In this document: positions 52,991-64,000 of the stretch, piece after piece
Layout of the letters: every line of letters begins with the position of its first letter
Position numbering within the stretch: position 1 is the first letter of the stretch
Source: Vezdaea acicularis
Taxonomy: Eukaryota
Direction of reading: 5' to 3'
Assembly: GCA_026025075.1 (NCBI GenBank)
Contig: JAPEUI010000003.1
Coordinates: 248,001 to 312,000 of the forward strand
Length of the DNA: 64,000 nucleotides
Made by a program: the position numbers and the translations under genes
Notes under the pieces: generated by a model
Told to the model about the DNA's origin: nothing
Seen by the model: only the letters and a program-made list of their open reading frames with translations
Databases searched by the model: none

Positions 52991-55900
52991 TTACTGCCCA
53001 CCGACCATCCTTAACTTGGCCCTCTCATCATCCGTCAGCGCATCATACAGCTCCGCAAAGCCGCCCACATTCTTCTCGCTGACCTCGCGGAACCAAGCGG
53101 CGAGGTACTCGCCCGTCTCGTCGTCTCGCTGCCGCTGCAGAAAGCTGCTCGTGCCATCGCCAAAGGCCATGAGATCCGCTTTCGTGCCGGGCAGGCCGAG
53201 GTCGAGGATATTGCTGGGGACGTCCTCCCAGTCGCCGTCGTCGCTGGCGTCGTCGTCGAGGCCGGCCACGTCGGAAGGGTTGAGGTGCTGGGCGACGCCG
53301 CTGGCGGAGGCGAGGTCTTCGATGAGGACTTTGATGATTTTGAGCGGGACGGGGATGATGGTGTATTGGTCGGGTGTGATGCGCGTTTTCGAGCGTGTCA
53401 TGATGCGGTCACTGGTTGGGATGATGAGTTCGCCCTGGACCATCGTTCGGGCGAGGCGCGGGTCTTCGAGGCTGTAGAGTTTGGAAAGGGCGATGACGCT
53501 GGAATGGATTAGACGATTGTATCAGAGGAGAAATGTGGGGGGGATACTAACTTCTGTCTTATCTCATCGTAGCCGACGAACTCGATTGAGTTCTGGAGCC
53601 ACTTTGCCATTACGACCTGGAGGCCACTCTCGTTGTTCACTTGGACTTGGGCGAGGAAGTCAACCACGTCTTTAGCGCTGACAAGTGACAGCCTTGTGAA
53701 GACCAAAATAAGGCTCTGGATGAACGCAGACTTTTTCGCCGTGGCAAGCCGGACTGCCACTGCTCTCAGGAGCTGAAGGAGATATGGTCCCAGGCGTTCG
53801 CTACCTGCCTTCTCGACAAGTTCTGCTGCAAGCCCTCCGACTTCTGCGACCGCATGATCGTCCATGCCTTCGCCAAGGAGTCGATCGATGATGACAAGGC
53901 AGACCTCAAGTCCTGACTTGTTGGTCTCATCACGCCAATCGAAGACCTGATTCGCATCATGCGCTAGCATATGCTTTACGGCCTCTGTACCTGGACGCAA
54001 GAGCTCGCCGTCGACAGAGGTGAGAAGAAGTCGATTCAGCTTTGGCATGGTGGCAGCGACAAATCCGTTCGGGAGTGGTGAAGATCCATGTTGCGCAAGG
54101 ATTGAAAGGAGGTCCGCAGCCAAGTTTGCGAGCGAGTTTTCTTCTGTAAGATTCGCGACATCGAAAGCACCTGTGAGTGATGGTAAGACTTTCTCGCATA
54201 GCTGAATATAGGCCTCTGGTCCTCGTGCGGCCATAGACCCAGATATCTCTTCAAACGCCTCATCTACTAGCATCGTGACTTGGAATTTGCTTGCGCCGTG
54301 ACTCGCGAGGGTAAAGAGTAGGTCCAGTGCTCCCGACCCTGGGGCAATGCAGATAGCCGTATCAAGTAGAATAACATCTCTTAAAGTCTCCACAAGCGTG
54401 ACCATAAGATCGTCACTGTCCCGAAGCTCGTTGAGATCTTGAGATGACATGTAGTCCGATATTGATTGGAGGATCCTTCCCTGCATCGGCTGGGTTATTG
54501 TACGCGGTAACGACGACATGTAGTCTTGAAGCACACGTATACAAGCAACTTTGACGAGATCCGACCCATCTTCGTTGATAGCCGTTAACGACTGCTCCAT
54601 CAGAGAAGCGGCAAGCTGCTGCAAGGTTTCACCAGACGTACGTGTCAGCAGACCAACAGTGAGGAAACCTCGGGCCCGGAGGAAAATGTCTGCTTGTTGT
54701 ACAGCAAACTTGCCGTATTCTGCAAATCCAGTGGCGAATTCTGGACTAATGCCACGATCGATGTCGAGGAAGTCTCCTAAGAGTCTGCCGAGAATGAACA
54801 GCGCCGCCTCCTTTGCCTTCCAATTTGTCGAAGTCGAGTAGACGATTTTAGTGTAATTTAACAGAGACTGGAGAGTCTCGGTATTGAGCCACTCGCATAG
54901 TTTGATGACGAGATCGCCGCATGCGCTGCGAGCAGTATAATTTGCTGTTACACTGGTCTCTTCCGACAGGAAGATATCGACATCTATGTCCCATAAGCCT
55001 TCTTCCTCGACAGTAATCTGTCCATAGGCAATGGCAAGCTTCATTACTTCGGTAACCCATGTGTCTTGGGCGACGCCGTTGACACCAGCTTTCGCAGCTT
55101 GCAACTGTGCCTCAAGCTCTTTTCTAACGGGTGGTGCTCGTAAGCATGATTGCATGAAATCTAGATCTTCGAGCACTAGGAAATCCAATGTATATGGCAA
55201 ACCGTCGACGTCTTCTAATCTCCCTTGCCGTTCATCATTAATGTACAAGTTATGATATTGATCTTGAAGGGTCGAGAGCTCTGCCCAGGTGGCGCTGAAA
55301 AGTACAGGACTCTGGGGTGCAAGAAGCGAGGGAAACACTTCTCTAATTTTCATGAGTGTCTGATACAGAGGTATCAGCAATCAACTCGGTAAGGAGTAAG
55401 CTGTGCTTGATCGTCAATTACTCACCTTCACGACCTGAAGCTTCAAAGTGATAATGCCTCGCCACTCCTCTCCCACTCCACCCTCGGCAGTTTCCTCTTC
55501 CTCTTTTGGTGCGGCAGGTACGGACTTCTTCATGATCTCAACGAAGAAAGGCGACCAAGCGTTTAGGATCTCATCGCCGAAGGCCTTTACAGCTGCTCCA
55601 TGATCGCCTTTGACCATTTCAAGCGTATCAAAACAGCCGCGAAAGACGGATACTGCTAGAGCTCTTAGTGTAAGCTTTTTCGTTCCATTGGTAGCAACGT
55701 CGTGTAAGACATTGACTAAATCCCGGGCGACTTTAAAGAATTGCTCCTCGTCCAGGCCTTCTTCCACCATATCCGAGAGTACTTTGAGGACTCCATGTAG
55801 TTGAGAGTCACTAGCCGTAGGTATTAAACTTAAAAGGGTTGGTAGAAGTGTAGGCCATTGATCTGGGAAGTCGGAGCTTGCGATCTTGCTGACCACGTAG

Positions 55901-56343
55901 CTTGATACGCTTTTGACCTTTCGGTCAGCATCTGAGCTGGTTGCTAGCTCTAACAAGGCAGCCCGAATCTGTTCCTTGTTGCCATCGCTGACAAGAACTT
56001 GACCCTTGAATTCATCAAACTGTGGAGACCAACTAGTGAGAACGAATTGCTTCAACACTAGCAGAGCAGACTGGCGAAGATTGAGTGGTACGGATGAATG
56101 TGATGCGATTGAGATAAGGCCACTTGGGAAAGCTATTTGCCATTGCGTTAGTATACCACTGAGAGCCCACAATCTTAAGGGGGCTTGCCCTCATTGGAGT
56201 AAAGCCCTTGCAGCTGCAACTCTGCTTGTTTTCGGGGCCCTTCAGACGCCGACTGCGTCTCTGAAAGTAAGTTGAGTAGCCTTTTCTTATTTTAGTGACC
56301 CAATTCGAAATCATTGCTTTGGACGCACTTACTGTTGTTCCAT
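52991..56343 (-). CDS. KAP114: Importin-9 / Kap114 karyopherin, 5 exons
   Basis: MEQQ|LLNLLSETQ..RKQAELQL, LRQSALLVLK..W, KIASSDFPDQWPTLL, FLSEETSVTANYTARSAC, RIMTRSK..PDQYTIIP..KIIKVLI; acidic C terminus. Confidence 0.9.
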
Positions 56344-56605
56344 TTCACGCTTTCTAGAGTAAGATTCAACGCTAATATTCCCGATCCCTCCACTGAACCC
56401 GCCTGGCGGGTGGGCGGACCACACAAAAAGGTTATTCGAAACTATAGGCACAAATTCGTAGCGTTTATGCGATATACGAGACTAGAAAATTGGGATCTTT
56501 TGTTCAAGTAGTAAACATGGAGGGTCCGAGACCTATCAACACGAAATCCTGTGATCACGTCGATTCGCTCGTGAAAGTCAGCGTTAGAAATGATAATCAC
56601 GTTCT

Positions 56606-56623
56606 CGCGTGTTCGCAACGCGT
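56606..56623. promoter_or_regulatory. MCB-like elements in the divergent KAP114/REV7 promoter
   Basis: CGCGT and ACGCGT ~100 nt upstream of the REV7 ATG; similar CGCG clusters lie upstream of DCC1 (33130-33215) and between TFB4 and SHE4 (7600-7700). Confidence 0.35.
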
Positions 56624-56722
56624 TCTGTGCTTCGTTCTGTGCTTCGATCCATATGCAGGGTGGACCCCCTCCAACATCGACCGCTTCAAGAATCTGTCCA
56701 TTCATGCCTGTCATACACGCCA

Positions 56723-57559
56723 ATGGCAAATCGCCAGGAAACACTTAAGCTGGATACGTATCAGGCCTTGGTCTCTACTTTCAGCGACTTCCTCATCGTT
56801 GCCATACACACAATTCTCTACGAACGGGATATCTACCCTCAGACGACGTTTATCAGTACGCGCAAGTACAACTGCCCCGTGCGGCAGAACCGCCATCCCA
56901 AGGTCTGCAAATGGATCACAGATGCCGTGGCTGCGGTTGAGCTCGAGCTATCAAAGGTTTGATCCACTCGTCTTGCATCTCGAGTGAAACGCTGAACCTC
57001 AAAGGGTGCTGTTGCTCGGGTTGCCGTCATCATATATTCAAGGGACTCACAACCCTTGGAGAGGTTTATGTTCGACGTTTCCAAATTTCCATCTGTTCCA
57101 GTGGCCGAAATAACCACGCCTTTTGAACCATTGGAGGATGCAGATGCTAAAGCGGGCCATACTTCGCCGTTAGACGTGTCACTAGTCGATATCGAAGAGC
57201 AGTTCCGCGCCGTGATGACGAAACTCTCAGTGTGCGGTTCGTCGTTAGAAAAGCTGCCTGATGGCTGTTCGTTCACTGTGTGCATTGAGTTGAGGGATCA
57301 AGCTAAGCCGCCGCTTGGAGTGAGTATCTTTGCTGTGCCGCTGGGTAGTTCAAACGCTGACTCTCTACAGCATCCTCAGCCATGGATACCAACTCAACCA
57401 TCATTGCAAGCGTCATCAAGGACTAGTAAGCACATGGGAAGCGACTTGGGTGGCGCAAGGACCACTCCTCTTCGCGCGGTTGATGCTGGGGAGTTCCGCT
57501 TTGAATGTTGGATTGAAGAAGGGAAGTCTAAGGTCCGGCCTGAAGAGTCACCCTTGTGA
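56723..57559 (+). CDS. REV7: DNA polymerase zeta subunit Rev7 (HORMA domain), 3 exons
   Basis: FSDFLIVAIHTILYERDIYPQTTFISTRKYNCPVRQNRHPKVCKWI, LERFMFDVS, CSFTVCIEL, HPQPWIP. Confidence 0.93.
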
Positions 57560-58271
57560 TCTCGTTCACCGAATCCAAAGTCCAGAAGTAGCATGCACGG
57601 GTAGTACGAGGAGCTAGACTACCGACGAAAGAATATCGTAACGCCCAATAGATCAACCGCGAACATTATGGCTCTACGTTTACTAGCGTTCCTGATCTTC
57701 TGGGAACTAGGATCAGGGCACCTAGGAGTGTCCACGTTGCAGATCTTAGGGATTTATTTCACGCACCAAAGTGGAACGCTAGCGAAACGCGGCAGTGTCC
57801 GGCAATCCTTCCGTCTGGGGAAAAACTCGCATCCTTCTCGGAAAGGGAGACACTAAGAATATGACGGGGAACTTTGTTTCATGAAAAGCTGACACTCAAT
57901 GACCCTGTAGGATCTTTTACATTCCTATGATTTTGGAAGATGGTCTGTTGATCACCTCATAAACCCTGGAAACATGGCAACATGAGCTCAGAGCCCTACT
58001 CTATTTCTCGTATTACGCGCACCTTTGTATCAGCACTGCACCCAGAAGCAGAGCTAAGGATACTAGAATGACGTGCCATGGTAACTACTGGGATGCACAG
58101 AGCTTGTATAAAGCTACTGAACTGGACGCAAATTCCTTTATGTTATGTCGTTGGGTTGTGGTCTCTGCCACAATGCTTCAGGGGCGTTGCTTAAATGAGG
58201 TCACCTCCACAGAACGTGTGGATTGACGGGTCACTGATTCGTGTTCTGGGGATTTGCAAGGGACCTTCTCG

Positions 58272-59186
58272 ATGAAGTTCGTTCGGTCTTTTAGGACACC
58301 AATTCTCTCCTCGTTCATTCTGTGCTTTGTAGCACCTGCAACTGCTACTCTCACCACCGGCCCACCAAACACCATTGGAGGTGGGTTCAATACGATACAC
58401 TGCGTTGGTAGCCTACCTCCAGCCGACTACGCAGGTTGGCCTGCGGGTCGAGGTCCTTGGGAATTTCCTGGCGGCATCAACGATTTCTGTCCTTACGTCT
58501 ACATCGACCGCAGAACCCTAGGTTGCGTATGCTACTCCCTCATTGGTGGACAGCATAGTTGTGAATATGATTTGGCAGACCCACAGCTATGGTTGGAACG
58601 CTCGCTACTCTCGTGGTGTGTTCATCGGTGTGCGTGCCCTGGGAACACGCCTAGAGTACTGGAAGCCCCCGTGAAGGACATTGATACTGAGAGTGTTGGG
58701 AGCTGCGACGAGTTCGGGAGCTGCGAGCCGGGTAAGGTTGAGTCTCACAACGATGACGCGCAAAGCGAAATAGAGGACGCGGGAGCTATGTCATATCACC
58801 GACGAACCCGCTGGGGCGGATCTTGGTCACACCAAAGAAAAAGAAAGGATTTGATATCAGTTCTTTCTGTTGGCTATCCTCTTCCACGATCGGCCTTTGG
58901 TTAGCAATCAAGCGAGCAAAAATGCCTTGGATCTTGTGATGGATATACTTGTACAAATGGCTGTCAATGCCTGGCTACTTCTGTGAGCAAAGGCTTGTTC
59001 ATGGAGCTCGGCTGCGGATCGTTGTCTCTTGGGCTGGGAAGGAGAGGTCTTGGAGGATATACTAAGGGGAGCTGGGCATGTCCCTGTAATAGTACTTACG
59101 TTAGCCAGGCGTGTTGTAATGCCCCTGACCAGATGGTGTGGGAGCCGTTAGACCTACAACTAGGTAGAATGGTTGATAGCCCTTGA
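58272..59186 (+). CDS. Putative secreted Cys-rich protein; single frame interrupted by one TAG at 58902-58904 (readthrough, unrecognised intron or nonsense allele)
   Basis: Signal peptide MKFVRSFRTPILSSFILCFVAPATA; 8-Cys domain; the same frame continues 93 codons after TAG with 10 Cys, ending ACPCNSTYVSQACC..MVWEP; TATA-like TATAAA near 58106. Confidence 0.72.
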
Positions 59187-59310
59187 GTAGCTTTAACATA
59201 CAAGATATCAATATCTGGGGCATAAGCTGAAAGATTTTGAGACTGCTTATCATTTTTCGATCTTATCCAAGCACTAGCGTACACGGAACGTGATCCAATG
59301 CCCCCTTATA

Positions 59311-59548
59311 CAGTGGGGGGTCGTAAGTGTTGTACATTCGCGAAATTGTGCCTCCCCCATCAATCATGCCCAAAGCACAGCAGTTAACGAATCCATTCGG
59401 AAGAAACCTAGCTCACAGATTACCTGGGGAGGTCTTCAATATATCAATTGAATAAATGCCTCATGGAGTGCAGGCAGTTCTTGATTCCCGGGAGTTATAC
59501 CATATATTAGCGGTCTCGTAAATGTACAACACTTACGACCCCCCACTG
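59311..59548. mobile_element. 238-bp MITE of Tc1/mariner type (impala/mimp-like termini)
   Basis: Perfect 28-bp terminal inverted repeats CAGTGGGGGGTCGTAAGTGTTGTACATT (59311-59338; complement 59521-59548) flanked by TA on both sides; no internal coding capacity. Confidence 0.93.
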
Positions 59549-59570
59549 TAGGTTTCTAAGGACAAACTGC

Positions 59571-60698
59571 CTATTCCTTATGTGGAGCGATAGGCTTCTG
59601 ATGATCTACATAGTCAAAATGCCCAATGGATTTCAACATGAAAGCGTCCGCAGGATTGCCATCGCCTAGCATGTTCATCGGAAACCCAAAATCAAACGGC
59701 GTCGCCTTTTCAATCTCTACAATATCCTGCTCACTCAGCTCCACACTCAACGCCTCAATATTTCCCTTCAGATGCTCAATCTTCCTTCCGCCTACGACCG
59801 GCACCACATATGGGACCTTCGCCATAACGTACGCCAGCGCAATGCTCGTGATAGCCGTCTTCTTGTCCTTGGCGAGCTTGTCCAGCACGATCGAGACTGC
59901 CTTCTTCTGTGGCGTGTTGTTCATGTCGAGCTGCCGCCCGGCTTTGTCGCTGGCTTTGAGTTGCTCTTCCGTTTTGAAGTAGCCGCTGCCTAAAGCCCCC
60001 CAAGGCGCGAGACCCATCCCTTCTTCGCGAGCCATAGGTATGATGTCGCGCTCGAAGTCCCGTTCAGCGGCCGACCACTTGCCCTGGTAGAGGCAGAACT
60101 GGCGCATGCCGTGATTGCGGGCGTACTCATTCGCTTTACTCACAACCCACGCTGGTGTGTCGGAGATGGCGAGATAGAGCACCTTACCAGCCAGGACGAG
60201 CTGGTTAAGGGATTGCATGACTTCGGGGATAGATGTGCTAAAGTCCCACCAGTGAACATACAAGATATCGATATAGTTCGTCTTGAGTTTCTTCAGACTC
60301 GCCTCGACGCTATTCCGCAAGCTCTTGGTGCTGTTTCCCACAAATGAGCTTTGTTGCTTGCTGCTATCGTAGCCCTTGAAACCGAAAGTGTACTTTGTGG
60401 CAAGCACCATCTCATCGCGCACCCCTCGCTCGGCCATCCATTCTCCAACCCATGTCTCGGACTCTTCGGATTGGTAATTGTTCGCAGTGTCGATGAAGTT
60501 GCCCCCCTGTTCGTAGAAGTAGTCAAGAACTTCGAAACTGGTTTTCTTGTTGCATTCACCCATGAATTGTTTCCAGGCATCGCCAAAGTTCATGGCCCCA
60601 AGACACAGGGGAGAGACTCGGACAGAGGCCGTTGGGGAGAGGATACGATGGCGGCCGAGAGCGCTCTTGGGGGGGGGAGCCGGTTCGAAGATGGACAT
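59571..60698 (-). CDS. Aldo-keto reductase, aryl-alcohol dehydrogenase / norsolorinic acid reductase-like, intronless
   Basis: VRVSPLCLGAMNFG, NFIDTANNYQ, VLATKY, YIDILYVHWWD, GKVLYLAISDTPAWVV, RDFERDIIPM. Confidence 0.93.
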   Translation of the reverse strand: MSIFEPAPPPKSALGRHRILSPTASVRVSPLCLGAMNFGDAWKQFMGECNKKTSFEVLDYFYEQGGNFIDTANNYQSEESETWVGEWMAERGVRDEMVLATKYTFGFKGYDSSKQQSSFVGNSTKSLRNSVEASLKKLKTNYIDILYVHWWDFSTSIPEVMQSLNQLVLAGKVLYLAISDTPAWVVSKANEYARNHGMRQFCLYQGKWSAAERDFERDIIPMAREEGMGLAPWGALGSGYFKTEEQLKASDKAGRQLDMNNTPQKKAVSIVLDKLAKDKKTAITSIALAYVMAKVPYVVPVVGGRKIEHLKGNIEALSVELSEQDIVEIEKATPFDFGFPMNMLGDGNPADAFMLKSIGHFDYVDHQKPIAPHKE

Positions 60699-61541
60699 GA
60701 TTGCAATTGAGAGGGTACCAGTGTATATTAAGGTTCGTAATCGAACTTGTTATTATGAATGAGTCAAGAACTTCAAGGAAAATCTTGATTGAACAGTCTT
60801 GGTTCAATTGAGTCGTGACGAAGAGCAAGCTTGCGGTAGGAACTGCAAATGCTCGTGAATTGGAAAGACTAGAGGAAAGAAGATTGAATCCGCTGTGGTC
60901 AATTGAGCACCAAGAAGACTTTGAAGGGATAGCAGACAGATGCAGACGTATTTATAACCTTCTCCTTTGCCCCCTCCTAGGTGTTTAGATTCCATGCGCA
61001 TGGCCGCTTATCTCCGGATAGACGCTGTAACAACAGCAACTAGGAGTAGCTGCCTTCCCCTGCAGTCTCGGCTCAATCCAATGATAGGAACTGCGGTGAA
61101 GAATACGCATCTACAATTCCCGAGGCTTTCCATGGTCTCTGTGATTGGAGCGCGGAGAGTTTCAAGGTTTCGAAGTTTCACTATGACGTTAAGGATCCCG
61201 GGCCTTGCGGACTTTAGTTTTAGCGATGAGACCCAACTGTACTCCGGACGAAATTTTGTCCGGGGGTGGACCAATTTGGTCCGTGAGTGATCGGGCCGTT
61301 TGTTCATGACATGAACTGATTGATATTTATCGGCCTTTACGGAGATGAAATCCTCTCTGCCTACCGCATTGGCTCTTCGCCACCGTGGAAAGACCCGGTC
61401 AGAACACATCCTAAAATCTAGATTCAATGGGATGATCAAGGAGCCACGTTCGTAGAAGGAGTTATCTAATTGCATAAATGTCAACTCTATCCAATGCGCC
61501 CTTTCTCTAATCTATAAGCAGCGTCTACAGGACTCAATAAG

Positions 61542-62715
61542 TCAACGTAGTTTTGGCATTTCCTCATCGGCAGGAACACCGCTATCGTCTTCAGCAGGCT
61601 TAATATTGAGACCCTTCTTCACAGCTTCGACACCCTCTTCGGATACTTTCTGGACCGTCGTTTTGCCCTGCCTATGACATTGTCAACAAGGCTTCAGGAA
61701 ATGTCCATCAACATTACTCACACGATATCTTTAGTGGTCTCAAAAATGGATTCCCAACTCTTGAAAAGTGTGAAAGGAATGCCCTCTTCTAAACAATGGG
61801 TGACGAGATCTTCTTGCTCAGCTCGGCAAACAAACAACAGATGGTGAAAGCTCACCATATCCGGACTTTGCAAAGAGAAGATCTGTTTCGCGGGCAGCCG
61901 AGACGTCAGAGACACCATCCCCAGCGTAGAACATCGTAGGACGCTCAATTTCTGGAAGTGCGCGGTAGGGTCGTAGAGTCAACGATTTGTCGTGGCCGAA
62001 GTCACTTCATAGCTATTAGGGGCCACCCACTTTCAAGAAGGCTAGGAGTCCGACGCACCTGTCATCATGAAAGTCGATCTCCCAGCCGTTTACCTCGTCG
62101 ATCGTGTGACCTGGCTTAGCCTTAACGTCATTGGCCACGATTTGGATATCCTTGGCTTCAGGACCGATCAGGTTCTCAAGGACCGCCCGGATGATTGGAA
62201 CCATGCCTGACGAAAGAACAACGACGGGAATATTGTGCTCGCGAGTCCAGAAGTAGAACTGCTTGAAATACGGATCGAGCGTGATGCTGGCAACTAACTT
62301 CTCCTTGCACTCAGGGAAGGATACCTTCGCGCTCACGCTGTCGAGCATGTCCTTGAATGCATCTCTGGAGTACAAGAGCTCCGCTTAGCAGCGCGAAGAG
62401 GTTGTAGGTTGTCTATATGTTTACTTACCTGAACGTTGCCTGCTTTCTCAACACCTTGAGGTTCCCCTCTCGGCGCTTGGCGGGACCGTATCCAATATTG
62501 TCTGTCTGTTAAATCGATTAGTCAATGAGTTCAGTGAGAGAAGGGAATTCAATACAAGAAAATCGTTGCCTGAAGATGCCCGTCAATCAAAGAGATCATT
62601 GATATGGACTGACGAGTGAAGACCCACTGTCCTTTTGCGTAATTGTTCCATCAAAATCAGTGAAGAATATGAAAGTTGGCTTTGTTTTCATTGCCGGAAG
62701 CGCGAAAGATGCCAT
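61542..62715 (-). CDS. HAD-superfamily phosphatase (MtnX / yeast YNL010W-like), 7 exons including a 14-nt microexon (62556-62569)
   Basis: FFTDFDGTITQKD|SNDFL|TDNIGYG, VVLSSGM, DFGHDKS, YAGDGVSDVSAARETDLLFAK. Confidence 0.9.
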
Positions 62716-63325
62716 ATTTGATGAGTATAGGCTAGCCGATCAAAGAGCGGATATCACAGTCAATTCTCAGATGCAAGAAGCTTTCAAGATCTACTTGAAG
62801 AGGAACGAAATTAGCACTAAAAAACGCCGTCTATCTCTATATGAGTTGAATGAAAGGTACAGAGAATTTGTAGTCTCATAAATTAGGTTTGAATCGGCGG
62901 TGGTGCCCTGGTCAGTGCACTGGGTGGGGTGGTAAGACAGGAGTTGTGCTGTAGAAACTCGCTCGCATAAATTATTTCAGTGTCAAATTCACATCACTTT
63001 GCTCGGCAGATCAAGCTCTAGATTCAGGGCGTTGGGAGATTTCGATTTCAATTACAACGCTTTTGTTGCTACTGAAAACACTCATGCCCATTGGTAGCAT
63101 AGTGAAGAGCCCACGTGGAGACCTTAGGCCTGCGGGCCGTTTGCTCGAATGACCATACGTTGAGCCCCTTCTCAAATGCCGCCCACGCCCCTCTTCCAAT
63201 GCAACCTTGAGTATAGACAAACCTACTCCCGATGCAAAAAGAGTTTAAAGGGAAGAGAGAGCTACATTCTAAAGGACGAGAGAAAGCGGATATCAATACA
63301 ATCTATCAGAGGATATCTGAAATCT

Positions 63326-64000
63326 CTAGTTAGCTGCTTTCAGAACCTCTACTATCTTGCGGTCAATATCTTCCGTCTCTTCTACCGGCTCTTCTCCTTC
63401 TTCTTCTTGATTGTGGCCCTCGTCGATGGTGTCGCTGGAGCCTTCGCGAGCGGCTTGAGCAAGAATGTTGACACCCTCGATATGAGCGCGGTCTTCGTCG
63501 TTCAGAACCTTTGCGAGTTCTTTCGCCTCGTGCTTAGCAGCCTGACCAGGAGCCCTTGTTTTGAGCTCTCCTGTGACAAATTGGAGGTAGTAAGGAACCT
63601 CGATCCCACTCTTGAGAAAGAAGAGCTTCAGGTTACGCGCTTTATCTTTGAGCTGGACCTGATTACGATCCTTTAGGGACTCATTGATGGTACCACCGGG
63701 GCCAAACATTGCGAGTATTTGACTCCAGTGAGGTCCTTTTACTCTATCAAGGCCAGCCATCAGTGCATTCTCTTCTTCCGTAGTCCAAGGACGGCGCTGA
63801 CTGGGGAGTCCAGCACGGCGGTTATTCGGCGAAGCCTTAGCGGTAGCAGCGAGTCGAGCACGCTCATACAAAACCTGCGTTGGAGCGCTCTGAGTGTGGT
63901 ATGGGATATCTGGGACACCACCATACGATTGAGAAACGTAGCTTGCTTGTGTTTCACCTCCGTTTGCTTTGGAAGATTCCTCTTCGCTGCTTTGTTGACG
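63326..64000 (-). CDS. TBF1: Telobox Myb-domain TTAGGG-binding protein Tbf1-like, 3' part
   Basis: [50 protein letters not shown]; frame continues beyond window end. Confidence 0.88.
   Translation of the reverse strand, partial: RQQSSEEESSKANGGETQASYVSQSYGGVPDIPYHTQSAPTQVLYERARLAATAKASPNNRRAGLPSQRRPWTTEEENALMAGLDRVKGPHWSQILAMFGPGGTINESLKDRNQVQLKDKARNLKLFFLKSGIEVPYYLQFVTGELKTRAPGQAAKHEAKELAKVLNDEDRAHIEGVNILAQAAREGSSDTIDEGHNQEEEGEEPVEETEDIDRKIVEVLKAAN

Noticed and set aside
61008..61484. 158-aa minus-strand ORF upstream of the AKR gene
   Set aside because: No motifs; lies in the 3' UTR/promoter zone between two real genes
61513..61544. Possible TGA-CT readthrough adding a peroxisomal signal to the HAD phosphatase
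   Set aside because: Context is TGA-CTT, not TGA-CTA, and the extension ends RCL, not a PTS1

Overview
Gene-dense, intron-containing DNA of a filamentous ascomycete (Pezizomycotina-like: ~50-nt introns, CTRAY branch sites). It holds about 26 protein-coding genes, mostly housekeeping: TRM2 (partial), ARP3, taspase-1-like, TFB4, CRO1/She4, PRMT5/HSL7, PRP43, VPS15, U2A'/LEA1, TYW2, SSP120, a Gef2-like RhoGEF, DCC1, a LYC1-like acetyltransferase, an RBR E3 ligase, SYN8, a conserved Ser-rich protein, cyclin C/SSN8, a SAL1-type carrier, importin-9/KAP114, REV7, an aryl-alcohol dehydrogenase-type AKR, a HAD phosphatase and TBF1 (partial), plus two paralogous Cys-rich secreted orphan proteins. The most notable observations are: (1) intron 1 of the U2A' gene carries a 24-nt stretch fully complementary (two G-U wobbles) to the branch-recognition region of U2 snRNA but lacking the bulged adenosine, a candidate U2-snRNP-sensing autoregulatory element; (2) an in-frame TAG in the leaky context TAG-CAA-TCA splits one secreted Cys-rich gene from an intact 10-Cys C-terminal module; (3) a 238-bp Tc1/mariner-type MITE lies next to that gene; (4) SAL1 has a 300-nt in-frame stop-free intron. 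All calls come from reading the sequence and recalled family knowledge; no searches were run.
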